Source: Bacillota bacterium (GTDB lineage Bacteria; Bacillota; Sulfobacillia; SLMV01). From it: a stretch of 52,187 bases of DNA. Position numbers and translations under genes: made by a program. Below are positions 8,382 through 16,436 of the stretch, one piece after another. A model generated the notes under the pieces. It searched no databases. It was not told the DNA's origin and worked only from the letters and a program-made list of their open reading frames with translations. Positions within the stretch are counted from its first letter, which is position 1. Each line of letters begins with the position of its first letter. The stretch is taken from assembly GCA_046483165.1 (NCBI GenBank), contig JAWODQ010000024.1:1-52187 (forward strand). Reading direction: 5' to 3'.

Positions 8382-9617
8382 TTAACCCAGGCGAACTTCG
8401 TGATTGAATTGTTTTAATACTCCCACCATGAGGGTGGCGACGATTCCGCCGGCGAAACCGTTATTGTAGAGGTTCATCCCGCCGTGCAGAAAACCCACGT
8501 TCATCACCATCGCCATGTGCAAGAACCCGGCCCCGAGTCCCCAGAGCCCGCCGAAGGTTCCACTGATCGGCGCCAGGGTGGTGCCGAACAGTACACCCAA
8601 AAGCGGCCCGGCCTCGGCGGGTTGCCAGCGGAAGAGAAAGAGGGAAAGGTATGCGCCGGCCATGATGGGAACGGAGTTCCTGGGATGTTTGCCGAAGGCG
8701 CCGAATCCGATCATGGTGAAGATCCCGCAGAGGGTGGGTCCATTGAGGTCGCCTCGAACCAATAGGACGTAGCCCGTGCCCAAAAGGCCCACCAGTCCCA
8801 TGTTCAGTAACGTACCTCCGAGTCCGCCTTCGGAGACGAAATCCGAGACCAGGGCCCCGGGCATACGCCAAATGCGGAAGAAACCCTCGAGATTGCCCCG
8901 GGTGAGGGTCACTCCGAGTAGCACCATAGATGCGGAATAGACCATCGCCGGGAGCGCGAGTTGTGAATTCAATCCGCTACCCCAAATGGACGCCAGGTCC
9001 ATCGATTGTCCGAAGCCGCGAAAGAGGGCGGCGAACAGGGTGCCGATGAACCCACACGTGAAACCGATGTTGTAGAGATTGAGTCCCTGATGGGTGGCGA
9101 GGAGATGTCCGGCGAGGGGAGGAACCAAAAAGCCCGCGCAGGCTCCCAGGAACAAAGCGCCCGCGATGCCCAGGTCGAGCTGGAGCGCGACGCTGGATAC
9201 CAGGGGAGCCAGGGCGGTACCGAACAGCGCGTTGAGGATGTACTGGCCGAAGTCGTCTCCCTGCGTACGCGCGTAGATCCAAACGCCCAGGAAGATGGGC
9301 CATATGTTTATAATCGTCTTGCCCATGAAGGAGAAACCGGCCATGGTAAAGACCGCGGCGACGATATACCCGCGTATGGGAACGCCCGAGAGTGCCGCCA
9401 CTGCCAGGCCCGCGAGGCCTACGAGACCGGCGTTGACGAGGGCTGCTCCGATGCTACCCACGACGAAGTAGTCCGTGATCAATACTCCGGGCACCCGCAC
9501 CATTTCCCCGAAATCGGAGATTAGTCCTCGCTCGAAACCGAAAAAGAACCCGGCCGCTATCAGGGTGACCATGTACGAGGCGACGATCGAGAATTCCCAG
9601 GTGCGTACGATTCTCAT
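8382..9617 (-). CDS. Polytopic membrane protein with internal duplication, DUF1576-like (from memory, unverified)
   Basis: Two homologous halves: 'ISDFGEMVRVPGVLITDYFVVGSIGAALVNAGLVGLAGL' and 'FFRIWRMPGALVSDFVSEGGLGGTLLNMGLVGLLGT'. About 12 TM helices. The SD is poorly placed for ATG 9617, so the exact start is uncertain. Confidence 0.7.
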   Translation of the reverse strand: MRIVRTWEFSIVASYMVTLIAAGFFFGFERGLISDFGEMVRVPGVLITDYFVVGSIGAALVNAGLVGLAGLAVAALSGVPIRGYIVAAVFTMAGFSFMGKTIINIWPIFLGVWIYARTQGDDFGQYILNALFGTALAPLVSSVALQLDLGIAGALFLGACAGFLVPPLAGHLLATHQGLNLYNIGFTCGFIGTLFAALFRGFGQSMDLASIWGSGLNSQLALPAMVYSASMVLLGVTLTRGNLEGFFRIWRMPGALVSDFVSEGGLGGTLLNMGLVGLLGTGYVLLVRGDLNGPTLCGIFTMIGFGAFGKHPRNSVPIMAGAYLSLFLFRWQPAEAGPLLGVLFGTTLAPISGTFGGLWGLGAGFLHMAMVMNVGFLHGGMNLYNNGFAGGIVATLMVGVLKQFNHEVRLG

Positions 9618-10096
9618 TGTCCGGACGATGATAATTCCTCCCTAAACGCTGGATACCCGTACAATTTATCAGATTTACCCCGATGTTCGGAAGTCTATGG
9701 CGGGTTTCCCCGCCCCTATCCACAAACCCTGGCGCGTTCTTGCTGGAGTGTGCGGGGATCGTGCGGGTTTTCCGCGAAATCGAGTGGGGACGAAGCGAAC
9801 GCGGAACAAATATTCTTCTAACGAGTCGATAGAGATGATCGAAGGTCCGGCGGAGGCGATTTCGCCCTCAACCGTTATACCGGTTTGGCCGGGGTGAACC
9901 CGTGGTTTTCCTCGCTTGCGGGCAGGGAAGGCACCGCCAGTTTCATCTCGTTTTTGCGCCCGCACCTAAGACGGCGCGCGAAAGCAATCGGGATGAAATA
10001 GGCTCTTGCGGGTCGGGACGGACCCTCGCACGTTTAGTGGTAGTTGAGTGGCTTTTTTTTGGATTGGCATCTCATGACTTCGAGGAGTGTGATTGC

Positions 10097-11761
10097 GTGA
10101 CGCGCAGGGTACTCGGTGCAATATTGGTGGTGGCACTCGTTTTTGTCGGAGGCATTTACGTCTATGATATCTTGATCGGTGATGCTGAAGGAGAGGCCGA
10201 TCCCGTGTACGCTACGGAAGTGGTTAGTCGCGGGGACCTCAATTTTGTGGTTAACGGACACGGGAACCTTCGCCCCAGGTGGTCCGAGAGTATCCAAACC
10301 GTGGCGGGGGGATTCGTCGAGGAATTGAACGTCAAAGAAGGAGATGAAGTGTCCGAGGGAGATATCGTGGGGCGACTCCGTAACGAACAGCTGGATACGG
10401 AAGTGCGCACGATGGAACGCGAGTTGGAACGAATCGAGAGCGATCTGGCGATGACTCTGGGTACCTCGCGGGACGCGATCCTCGACGCCGATCCCGAGCG
10501 GGGTATCAGCATTTTTGCTCCCATTTCCGGGCGTGTCACCGATCTCCGGGTAGAAGCGGAGGATTCGTTGGAAGGTGGGGGTGTGGTAGCCACCATCGTG
10601 GATGACTCGCGGGTCATGATCAAAGCGGAGTTCAACACCGCCCAGTTCGAACTCGTCGAAGAGGGAGATGTAGTCGATCTGCGTCCCCTCGATTTTGCCG
10701 ACATCCTGCTGGGGGAAATCGTCGACGCGAATCCCTCGCCGATTCCCCGAGGAGAACATTACGTTTACGAGGTCACCGTCGAGGCGGAAAACCCCGGACT
10801 TTTGAGACCGGGACAAGAAATCGACGTACTGATCGGCGAAGAAACCTCGGTGCGCGCCACCGTCGATCGCTACAATGATGAAACGTCGGTTTGGAGCTCG
10901 ACCGAGGGTACCGTTTTGGAAGTACCGGCGCGGGAGTGGGAATATGTAGAAGAGGGAGATGTCCTCTGCCGCCTCGGGGGCAACGCGACCGCGAGGTACA
11001 TTTTTGACCACCAGGTTGAGATAACCGAATTGCGTGAGGAACTCGAGGAGAAGAAAAAGGAGCGCGATCGGCTGGTCGTAAGATCTCCCATCGACGGTAC
11101 CGTTGCGAAGGTGATGGCGTCGGAGGGACAAAGGCTGGAACCCGGGGCTCATATCACGGCCGTAATAGATAATTCGAAGATGACCATGACCGTAGAACTG
11201 GACGAGCTGGATGTCATCCAGGTCGAGCCCGGCATGGAGGCGGAAGTTACCGTGGAAGCCCTGCCGGGAGAAGTGTTCGGCGCCCAGATCACGTCCGTGG
11301 ACATGATGGGCTCGGACGAAGAAGGGCGTGCGGTCTATAATACGCAAATCCAAGTGAGTGGAACGAACGGTGTCAGGCCCGGTATGACGGGGAACGCTGC
11401 GATAGCCATAGAAGAACTGGTCGACGTATTGTTGGTGCCGGTGGAGGCGGTGTACCAGGATGAAGGCGAGGCTCGGGTTGATTTATTGAGCGAGGGCGAA
11501 GCGGAACCGAGGACGATCGAGATCGGTCTGGTGAGCTCCAGTTGGGTGGAGGTCAAAGACGGCCTCGAGGAAGGTGAAGAAGTGATTACCGGAAGATCCG
11601 AGGACCGGCTGGAGCACGAAGTCCCCGGGGAACCCGAGTCACCGATAATCCCCAGTCCCGAGAGCCCCGAAGAGGAATCTCCGGCAGAAGTCCCCGAGGA
11701 GCCAAAACCGCAGCCAAAGGAACCCGAGAGTTCCGAAAAACCTATCGAAGATGGAGGATGA
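10097..11761 (+). CDS. HlyD-family membrane-fusion (periplasmic adaptor) protein, tandemly duplicated, with an acidic Pro/Glu-rich tail
   Basis: GTG 10097 lies 9 nt after GAGGAG, followed by the TM helix 'VLGAILVVALVFVGGIYVY'. Lipoyl-like 'VKEGDEVSEGDIVGRL' and 'IFAPISGRVTDL'; second copy 'VEEGDVLCRL' and 'VRSPIDGTVAKV'. C-terminal 'LLVPVEAVY...VEVKDGLEEGEEVI'. The track ORF from 9902 adds a non-protein-like extension. Confidence 0.8.
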   Translation: MTRRVLGAILVVALVFVGGIYVYDILIGDAEGEADPVYATEVVSRGDLNFVVNGHGNLRPRWSESIQTVAGGFVEELNVKEGDEVSEGDIVGRLRNEQLDTEVRTMERELERIESDLAMTLGTSRDAILDADPERGISIFAPISGRVTDLRVEAEDSLEGGGVVATIVDDSRVMIKAEFNTAQFELVEEGDVVDLRPLDFADILLGEIVDANPSPIPRGEHYVYEVTVEAENPGLLRPGQEIDVLIGEETSVRATVDRYNDETSVWSSTEGTVLEVPAREWEYVEEGDVLCRLGGNATARYIFDHQVEITELREELEEKKKERDRLVVRSPIDGTVAKVMASEGQRLEPGAHITAVIDNSKMTMTVELDELDVIQVEPGMEAEVTVEALPGEVFGAQITSVDMMGSDEEGRAVYNTQIQVSGTNGVRPGMTGNAAIAIEELVDVLLVPVEAVYQDEGEARVDLLSEGEAEPRTIEIGLVSSSWVEVKDGLEEGEEVITGRSEDRLEHEVPGEPESPIIPSPESPEEESPAEVPEEPKPQPKEPESSEKPIEDGG

Positions 11762-11845
11762 AAGTAACCCCGGAATTAGCCTAGACTGACCCCGTTTCGG
11801 TCGTTTGGCATGATGGCGGCGTTCGCCATCCGCGAGGACCCGAGA

Positions 11846-12235
11846 TCACGAAGAGCAACTCGTGGGGAAGAGGAAGAGGAGGAGCATCAGGGCACAAAGT
11901 AGCAAAGAATAGAATACGGCGGCACTGGTCATGTCCTTGATGCGCCGAACTCGCTCGCAGGGCATCGGCTTCATCATGTCGAGGAAGTCTTCGATGGCGG
12001 TATTTAGGATCTCGGCGACCACCGCGAGGGATGTCGCCAGCAGGATCAGCGCGAATTCGACATCATGCAAAAAGCCCGCGACCCGAAGGCCCAAAACTGT
12101 CGCAAGCAACAGCACCAGGTACCTCGTATTGGCCTCGGTGCGCAGCAGATACGCCCATCCGCGCAATGAATTTGCGAAGGCGATGATCAGGCGCCGAACC
12201 TCGCTGGCCATATCCGAACCCCCTCGCGGATCCAT
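11846..12235 (-). CDS. dgkA: Diacylglycerol/undecaprenol kinase (DgkA family)
   Basis: Contains 'AFANSLRGWAYLLRTEANTR', 'VAEILNTAIEDFLD' and 'IKDMTSAAVF'. The alternative start ATG 12211 (MASEV...) has a GAGGGGG SD at 7-nt spacing. Confidence 0.8.
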   Translation of the reverse strand: MDPRGGSDMASEVRRLIIAFANSLRGWAYLLRTEANTRYLVLLLATVLGLRVAGFLHDVEFALILLATSLAVVAEILNTAIEDFLDMMKPMPCERVRRIKDMTSAAVFYSLLLCALMLLLFLFPTSCSS

Positions 12236-12455
12236 GCAGGTTTCACCCTTCTCATCTAAGTTGGTCTACGACGAACCACTCGGTGAATCCTTTGATTTGG
12301 ACGGATGTGGTGCGGGAAATGTCGGACGCCAGCTCGCCATTCTCCCACCCCGGGTCGATCTTTGAAGGCATATGCTTCGCCGTGGCGAAGAAAATTGGTA
12401 GATGTCGGTGTCCGTCAGCGGACGCCGGCCAATCTGTAGTTGGGGAGGCCGTACT

Positions 12456-12995
12456 ATGGCGAAGAACAACGACGGTGACATACCCGTCCCACCGAGGACA
12501 CCAAAGAGCGGGGGCGGTTTTCAAATCCGCGCTTTCCTACACAGGTGGGGAACGTGGATCGCGATAGCCGCCATGTTTGCGGCGCACATGTGGTTGGTCA
12601 TGCGCAACATCCAGATGGGCGTCCACGAAGTGCTTCCGGCGTACACCGACATGGAGGTAGGATCCGTGGAGGCCTGGATTGACGCCATCCCACGGTTGTT
12701 TTTCAAACCGGACACAGTGTTTGCGGTACTGCGCATGTATTCCCTCTGGATTTTCTTCTACGTCTTCCTGTCGGTATATGGAGCGATGCGAGTGGGCGAC
12801 AGTGTGCCGAGGGGAGTATTGACGCTCGTCAGCGTTTGTTTGGCGGTGATAGTCCTGCTGCTGGTGGTCACACCCGCGGCCTGGATATTCTTCGGTGATC
12901 GCGGACCCCTGGCTGTGGAGATCGTTCCTCCGGTGATACTCGGCGGCATCGCGGTCCTGCTGGAGTTTTCCACCCGCAGGATGATGGAGGACTGA
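12456..12995 (+). CDS. Hypothetical membrane protein (about 4 TM)
   Basis: ATG 12456 lies 7 nt after GGGGAGG. Hydrophobic segments include 'WIAIAAMFAAHMWLV', 'LWIFFYVFLSVYGA', 'LVSVCLAVIVLLLVV' and 'VILGGIAVLL'. No family recognised. Confidence 0.6.
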   Translation: MAKNNDGDIPVPPRTPKSGGGFQIRAFLHRWGTWIAIAAMFAAHMWLVMRNIQMGVHEVLPAYTDMEVGSVEAWIDAIPRLFFKPDTVFAVLRMYSLWIFFYVFLSVYGAMRVGDSVPRGVLTLVSVCLAVIVLLLVVTPAAWIFFGDRGPLAVEIVPPVILGGIAVLLEFSTRRMMED

Positions 12996-13029
12996 CCGGG
13001 AGGCGGACGCCCGTTCGCCTCACGTCGGC

Positions 13030-13132
13030 CCTCGAGACGAGATAGATGTGTGGGGATGACAACCCGACGCCGAGGGGTGATAGGATGGGCTAGGCGGGTC
13101 CCCACGAGCGTGGTCCCATTCCACGATCGAGG
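13030..13132 (+). ncRNA. Candidate THF-riboswitch-like structured leader upstream of the FolT-like gene (low confidence)
   Basis: The closing stem CCTCGA (13030-35) / TCGAGG (13127-32) encloses GAUAGAUG, which resembles the GAGUAGAUG junction of THF-I aptamers. It also encloses the stem GTGGGGA (13050-56) / TCCCCAC (13099-105) and the hairpin CGTGG-TCCCATT-CCACG (13109-25). The hairpin loop can pair with GGATGGG (13083-89) to form a pseudoknot. The genomic context (folate ECF S-component) fits. Confidence 0.3.
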
Positions 13133-13170
13133 AGATTACGGATTTATCATGCGGGTGGAGGTATACCTCA

Positions 13171-13674
13171 TTGAAAACTAGGGCAATGGTAACGGTTGCA
13201 CTATTGATCGCGATCAGCGTGATCTTGACCCGGGTCTTCGGAATTATGCTCCCGGTCGCCGGGGTAATGTCTCTTCGGATAAGCTTCGGAGAGATACCCA
13301 TCTATCTGTCGGGGATCCTCTTCGGTCCCTTCGCCGGAGCTGCCGCCGGGGCCATAGCGGATGTGATCGGCGTGACGGTGGCGGGGCTGGATTTCTTTCC
13401 CGGGTTTACCATCAGCGCCGCCCTGGCCGGCTTCATACCGGGCCTCATGCTTCATTCGCGACGGCACGACCTGACTTTCCTTCGGCTCCTGATTACCCTC
13501 GCCCTGGCCGGTCTAATTGTCACTCTTCTCAATACCTATTGGGTGGTGGTGCTCTATCGCGCGGGCGCTTTGGCCATACTTCCGGCGCGGCTCTTGTCGC
13601 GGGCCGTGATGATACCGGTGCACAGCGGGCTGGTGTGGTTGCTCGTCACGCGAGGCCAACTCATCCGCGAGTGA
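13171..13674 (+). CDS. folT: ECF-transporter substrate-specific (S) component, folate (FolT)-like
   Basis: 'LRISFGEIPIYLSGILFGPFAGAAAGAIADVIGV' is typical of FolT-type S components. Six TM helices. TTG start 9 nt after GGGTGGAGGT; alternative ATG at 13186. Confidence 0.75.
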   Translation: MKTRAMVTVALLIAISVILTRVFGIMLPVAGVMSLRISFGEIPIYLSGILFGPFAGAAAGAIADVIGVTVAGLDFFPGFTISAALAGFIPGLMLHSRRHDLTFLRLLITLALAGLIVTLLNTYWVVVLYRAGALAILPARLLSRAVMIPVHSGLVWLLVTRGQLIRE

Positions 13675-13780
13675 GTGCCACCCGGCGTTCGTTTCCGCCG
13701 CCGCCGGAAGATCAGTATTCGATAGCCGGCAGGTAAGTGAGCCTCGCTTGACGTAGTCCTCACCTTGAGGAGGTGGGGCA

Positions 13781-14977
13781 GTGAATTACGATTTTGATAA
13801 AGCTTTGGACAGGCGAGGAACGCGATCGAATAAGTGGGACAAGGTGGGGGAACTCTTCGGTAATCCCGACGCACTCCCGATGTGGGTGGCCGACACCGAC
13901 TTCCCCTGTCCCCATCCGGTGATGGAGGCACTCGCGGAGAGGCTGGAGCACCCGATATTTGGTTACAACTATCCTCCGGACTCCCTCCACGAGGCGATCG
14001 CCGACCGCATGAGCAAACAGCACGGCTGGGAGATAGATCCGAACTGGATAGTCCCGGGTACGGGGGTCATAAGCGCCCTCTACGCGGCGCTCGAAACCGT
14101 AACCATGCGCGGGGACGAAGTCATCATCCAGCCCCCGGTCTACTATCCCTTCTTTCGAGCCCTGGGAGACACGGGCCGCCAAGTCCTTCTGAATCCCCTC
14201 GTCCCAAAAGATGGCCGGTATCGCCCGAATTTCGAACATCTCGAAAGTCTCTTTGTTTCGAGGACGAAATTTCCGACACGGGAGCCCCGGGTCGCGGCGT
14301 TGATCCTCTGTAACCCGCACAATCCCGTGGGCAGGGCCTGGAGCGCCGAGGAGATTGGTCGCATAGGGGAGCTTTGTTGCGAGCACGGCGTTACCCTTAT
14401 CTCCGACGAAATCCATTGCGATCTCATGGTCGGGGATCGCGAACACACCGTCGCCGCCTCGGTATCCGACGAGCTGGCGGCGAAAACGATAACCCTCATG
14501 TCGGTCAACAAGACCTACAACCTTCCGGGATTGAAGACTTCCTTCACCGTGATTCCCGACGAAGAGGTGCGACGTCGTTTCCAATTCGCCGCCCGCCCCG
14601 CCGGTAGTCCCAACGAACTCGGGCTGGTCGCCCTGGAGGCGGCGATCCGAGATCCCGACGGGTACCTGGGCGAGCTCTTGGAGTACTTGAGGGAGAATCT
14701 ACGGGTATTTCGGGAGGGCATATCGGGAATCGAGGGCGTCGAATTGATCGAGCCCGAGGGGACCTATTTAACCTGGGTGGACATGAGGGGATTGGGGATG
14801 AACGATGACGATCTCGCGAACTTCGTCGTTCACGAGGCCGGCATCGCCCCGGACTTCGGTTATGCCTTCGGGCCCGGGGGACAGGGATTCCAGCGGCTCA
14901 ACCTGGGTTGCACCCGCGCCACGGTTCGCGAAGCGGTGGATAGACTGGGGACGGCGGTGAGGAGAATTCGGGGCTAG
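13781..14977 (+). CDS. MalY/PatB-family PLP-dependent C-S lyase (cystathionine beta-lyase-like aminotransferase class I/II)
   Basis: Contains 'FDKALDRRGTRSNKWD', 'LPMWVADTDF', 'CNPHNPVGR' and the PLP-Lys motif 'SVNKTYNLPGLK'. GTG start after GAGGAGGTGG. Confidence 0.9.
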   Translation: MNYDFDKALDRRGTRSNKWDKVGELFGNPDALPMWVADTDFPCPHPVMEALAERLEHPIFGYNYPPDSLHEAIADRMSKQHGWEIDPNWIVPGTGVISALYAALETVTMRGDEVIIQPPVYYPFFRALGDTGRQVLLNPLVPKDGRYRPNFEHLESLFVSRTKFPTREPRVAALILCNPHNPVGRAWSAEEIGRIGELCCEHGVTLISDEIHCDLMVGDREHTVAASVSDELAAKTITLMSVNKTYNLPGLKTSFTVIPDEEVRRRFQFAARPAGSPNELGLVALEAAIRDPDGYLGELLEYLRENLRVFREGISGIEGVELIEPEGTYLTWVDMRGLGMNDDDLANFVVHEAGIAPDFGYAFGPGGQGFQRLNLGCTRATVREAVDRLGTAVRRIRG

Positions 14978-15409
14978 ACGGGGGAATCGAAGTTTCAAGT
15001 TCCACTCACTACGCCATGAATTCAAAAGGCGAGTACGTAGCGCTCCGTGAAGGATGGACTGCTGCTCCCTTTTGCATCGACCGGGAGAGGTTGGGAACAG
15101 CTGGATTGGCAACGGAATGTACTCTCTGGAGCATTGGGCCGCGGAAGATTCACGGTCTTCGAGGCCTCATGAAACGTCGCCACGAAGGGGTCGTCGGTGA
15201 CTGGTGATACGCCAGGACGAACGGGGGATCTGATTCCCGTACCGCTTCTCCCGAAAGATCCTTCCGGGAAGCCGTAGACTGGGTGCTGAGTTATTGGGAA
15301 GAGCAGTTGTTGGATGGCCTTTTGCCGGGGAAAGGTCGCGCATTTCACTCGGTGTTCGTTACCCCGCGTCCTCCGGTTTTTGCCCTGAAGGGAGAGCCGG
15401 CCGGGAGCC

Positions 15410-16186
15410 CTACAAGAGCGCCAAAGTTATGAACATTGCTGCCATCCCGACCAGAACCCCGGCGGTGGCCGACTCGGGACTTTCCGTCTGGTGCGCCAGC
15501 GGTAAGAGCTCGTGCAGACTTATGAAGACCATTATTCCGGCCACGAAGGCCAAAGAGAGATTGATGAATCCGGAGGTGAGTACGCTGCCGAAAAGGAGCA
15601 GCGTGGCCAGGGCGCCCAGGGGTTCGGCGAGACCCGACAGGAAGGCGTAGGTGATCGCGCGGCGGCGATCTCCGGTGGCGTAATACAGGGGCATGGCCAC
15701 CGACACCCCCTCCGGGATGTTATGAAGGGCGATCGCGATCATGAGGGTCACGCCCAACCGCGGATCGTGCAGGGCCGACAGGAACACGATTACGCCCTCG
15801 GGGAAGTTATGTAGGAAGATTCCGAGGGCCGTAAGAAGTCCCGCCGAGAGCATCTTGGCGTCTTCGCGGCAACTTTCCGGTTCCTGGTGGCATGCGAAGC
15901 CACTCTTTTCGGCGAGGTACTCATGGGGTAGCAACAAATCCAGCAGGTACATCCCAAGTATGCCGGCGAAAAATGCCAGGTTGGCTCGGAAGAAACCGCT
16001 GTAATCCACGGCTTCCGCCAGCAACTCGGCGAAGGATATGTATATCATGACCCCCGCGGCGAAACCCATGAGTATACTCATGTGCGATTGGCGAAAGTCT
16101 TTAACCAAATAGGTGGCCAGTCCGCCCAATCCGGTGGAAAGACCAGCCAGGAGAGTCATGCCCAGGGGCAACAAATAGATTTCCAT
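15410..16186 (-). CDS. zupT: ZIP-family zinc transporter ZupT
   Basis: Contains 'LHNFPEGV', 'IALHNIPEGVSVAMPL' and 'FISLHELLP'. ATG 16186 is preceded by GGGAGGAG. The 106-aa Pro-rich extension of the track ORF (to 16504) is rejected. Confidence 0.9.
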   Translation of the reverse strand: MEIYLLPLGMTLLAGLSTGLGGLATYLVKDFRQSHMSILMGFAAGVMIYISFAELLAEAVDYSGFFRANLAFFAGILGMYLLDLLLPHEYLAEKSGFACHQEPESCREDAKMLSAGLLTALGIFLHNFPEGVIVFLSALHDPRLGVTLMIAIALHNIPEGVSVAMPLYYATGDRRRAITYAFLSGLAEPLGALATLLLFGSVLTSGFINLSLAFVAGIMVFISLHELLPLAHQTESPESATAGVLVGMAAMFITLALL

Positions 16187-16436
16187 GCGACTCCTCCCTT
16201 CGGCGTCGTCTGAGTCGATTATAACCGGCGGGTTTCCGGGTTGCACGGGTGGCGATCCCAGGCGCAGGTTGAATTGAACTATCCCAAGGAGGCAACGGTG
16301 GCCTGTTGTTCCTAGATTTCGGAGAACGGGCGGGACCTCTGTACATATGGCACGTATGGATGGATCGAGGTGGGGGTATACTATAATTGGAGTCTTTTCA
16401 GTTGAGGAGATTCCCTGAGGTGGAGGTGGAGGAGAC

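Noticed and set aside
9618-10096. c-di-GMP (GEMM-I/II) riboswitch upstream of the adaptor gene
   Set aside because: I could not find the conserved GGCAAA / GACGCAAAGC / CCGGG blocks or the class-II core. Only a generic hairpin and a T-run are present.
10034-11353. 439-aa ORF antisense to the HlyD-type adaptor
   Set aside because: Shadow ORF with no recognisable domain. The plus strand has a TM anchor and lipoyl/barrel motifs.
14978-15409. tRNA, tmRNA, SRP RNA or RNase P RNA in the long convergent gap
   Set aside because: None of their universal blocks are present (T-loop GTTCGAATC, tmRNA GGGG..TTCGAC start, SRP GGAAGCAGCC, RNase P GAGGAAAGTCC).
16382-16387. Perfect TATAAT upstream of the MEDS-GGDEF gene as a promoter
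   Set aside because: There is no acceptable -35 box or TG extension at the right spacing. The hexamer could still be a -10, but I cannot support a call.
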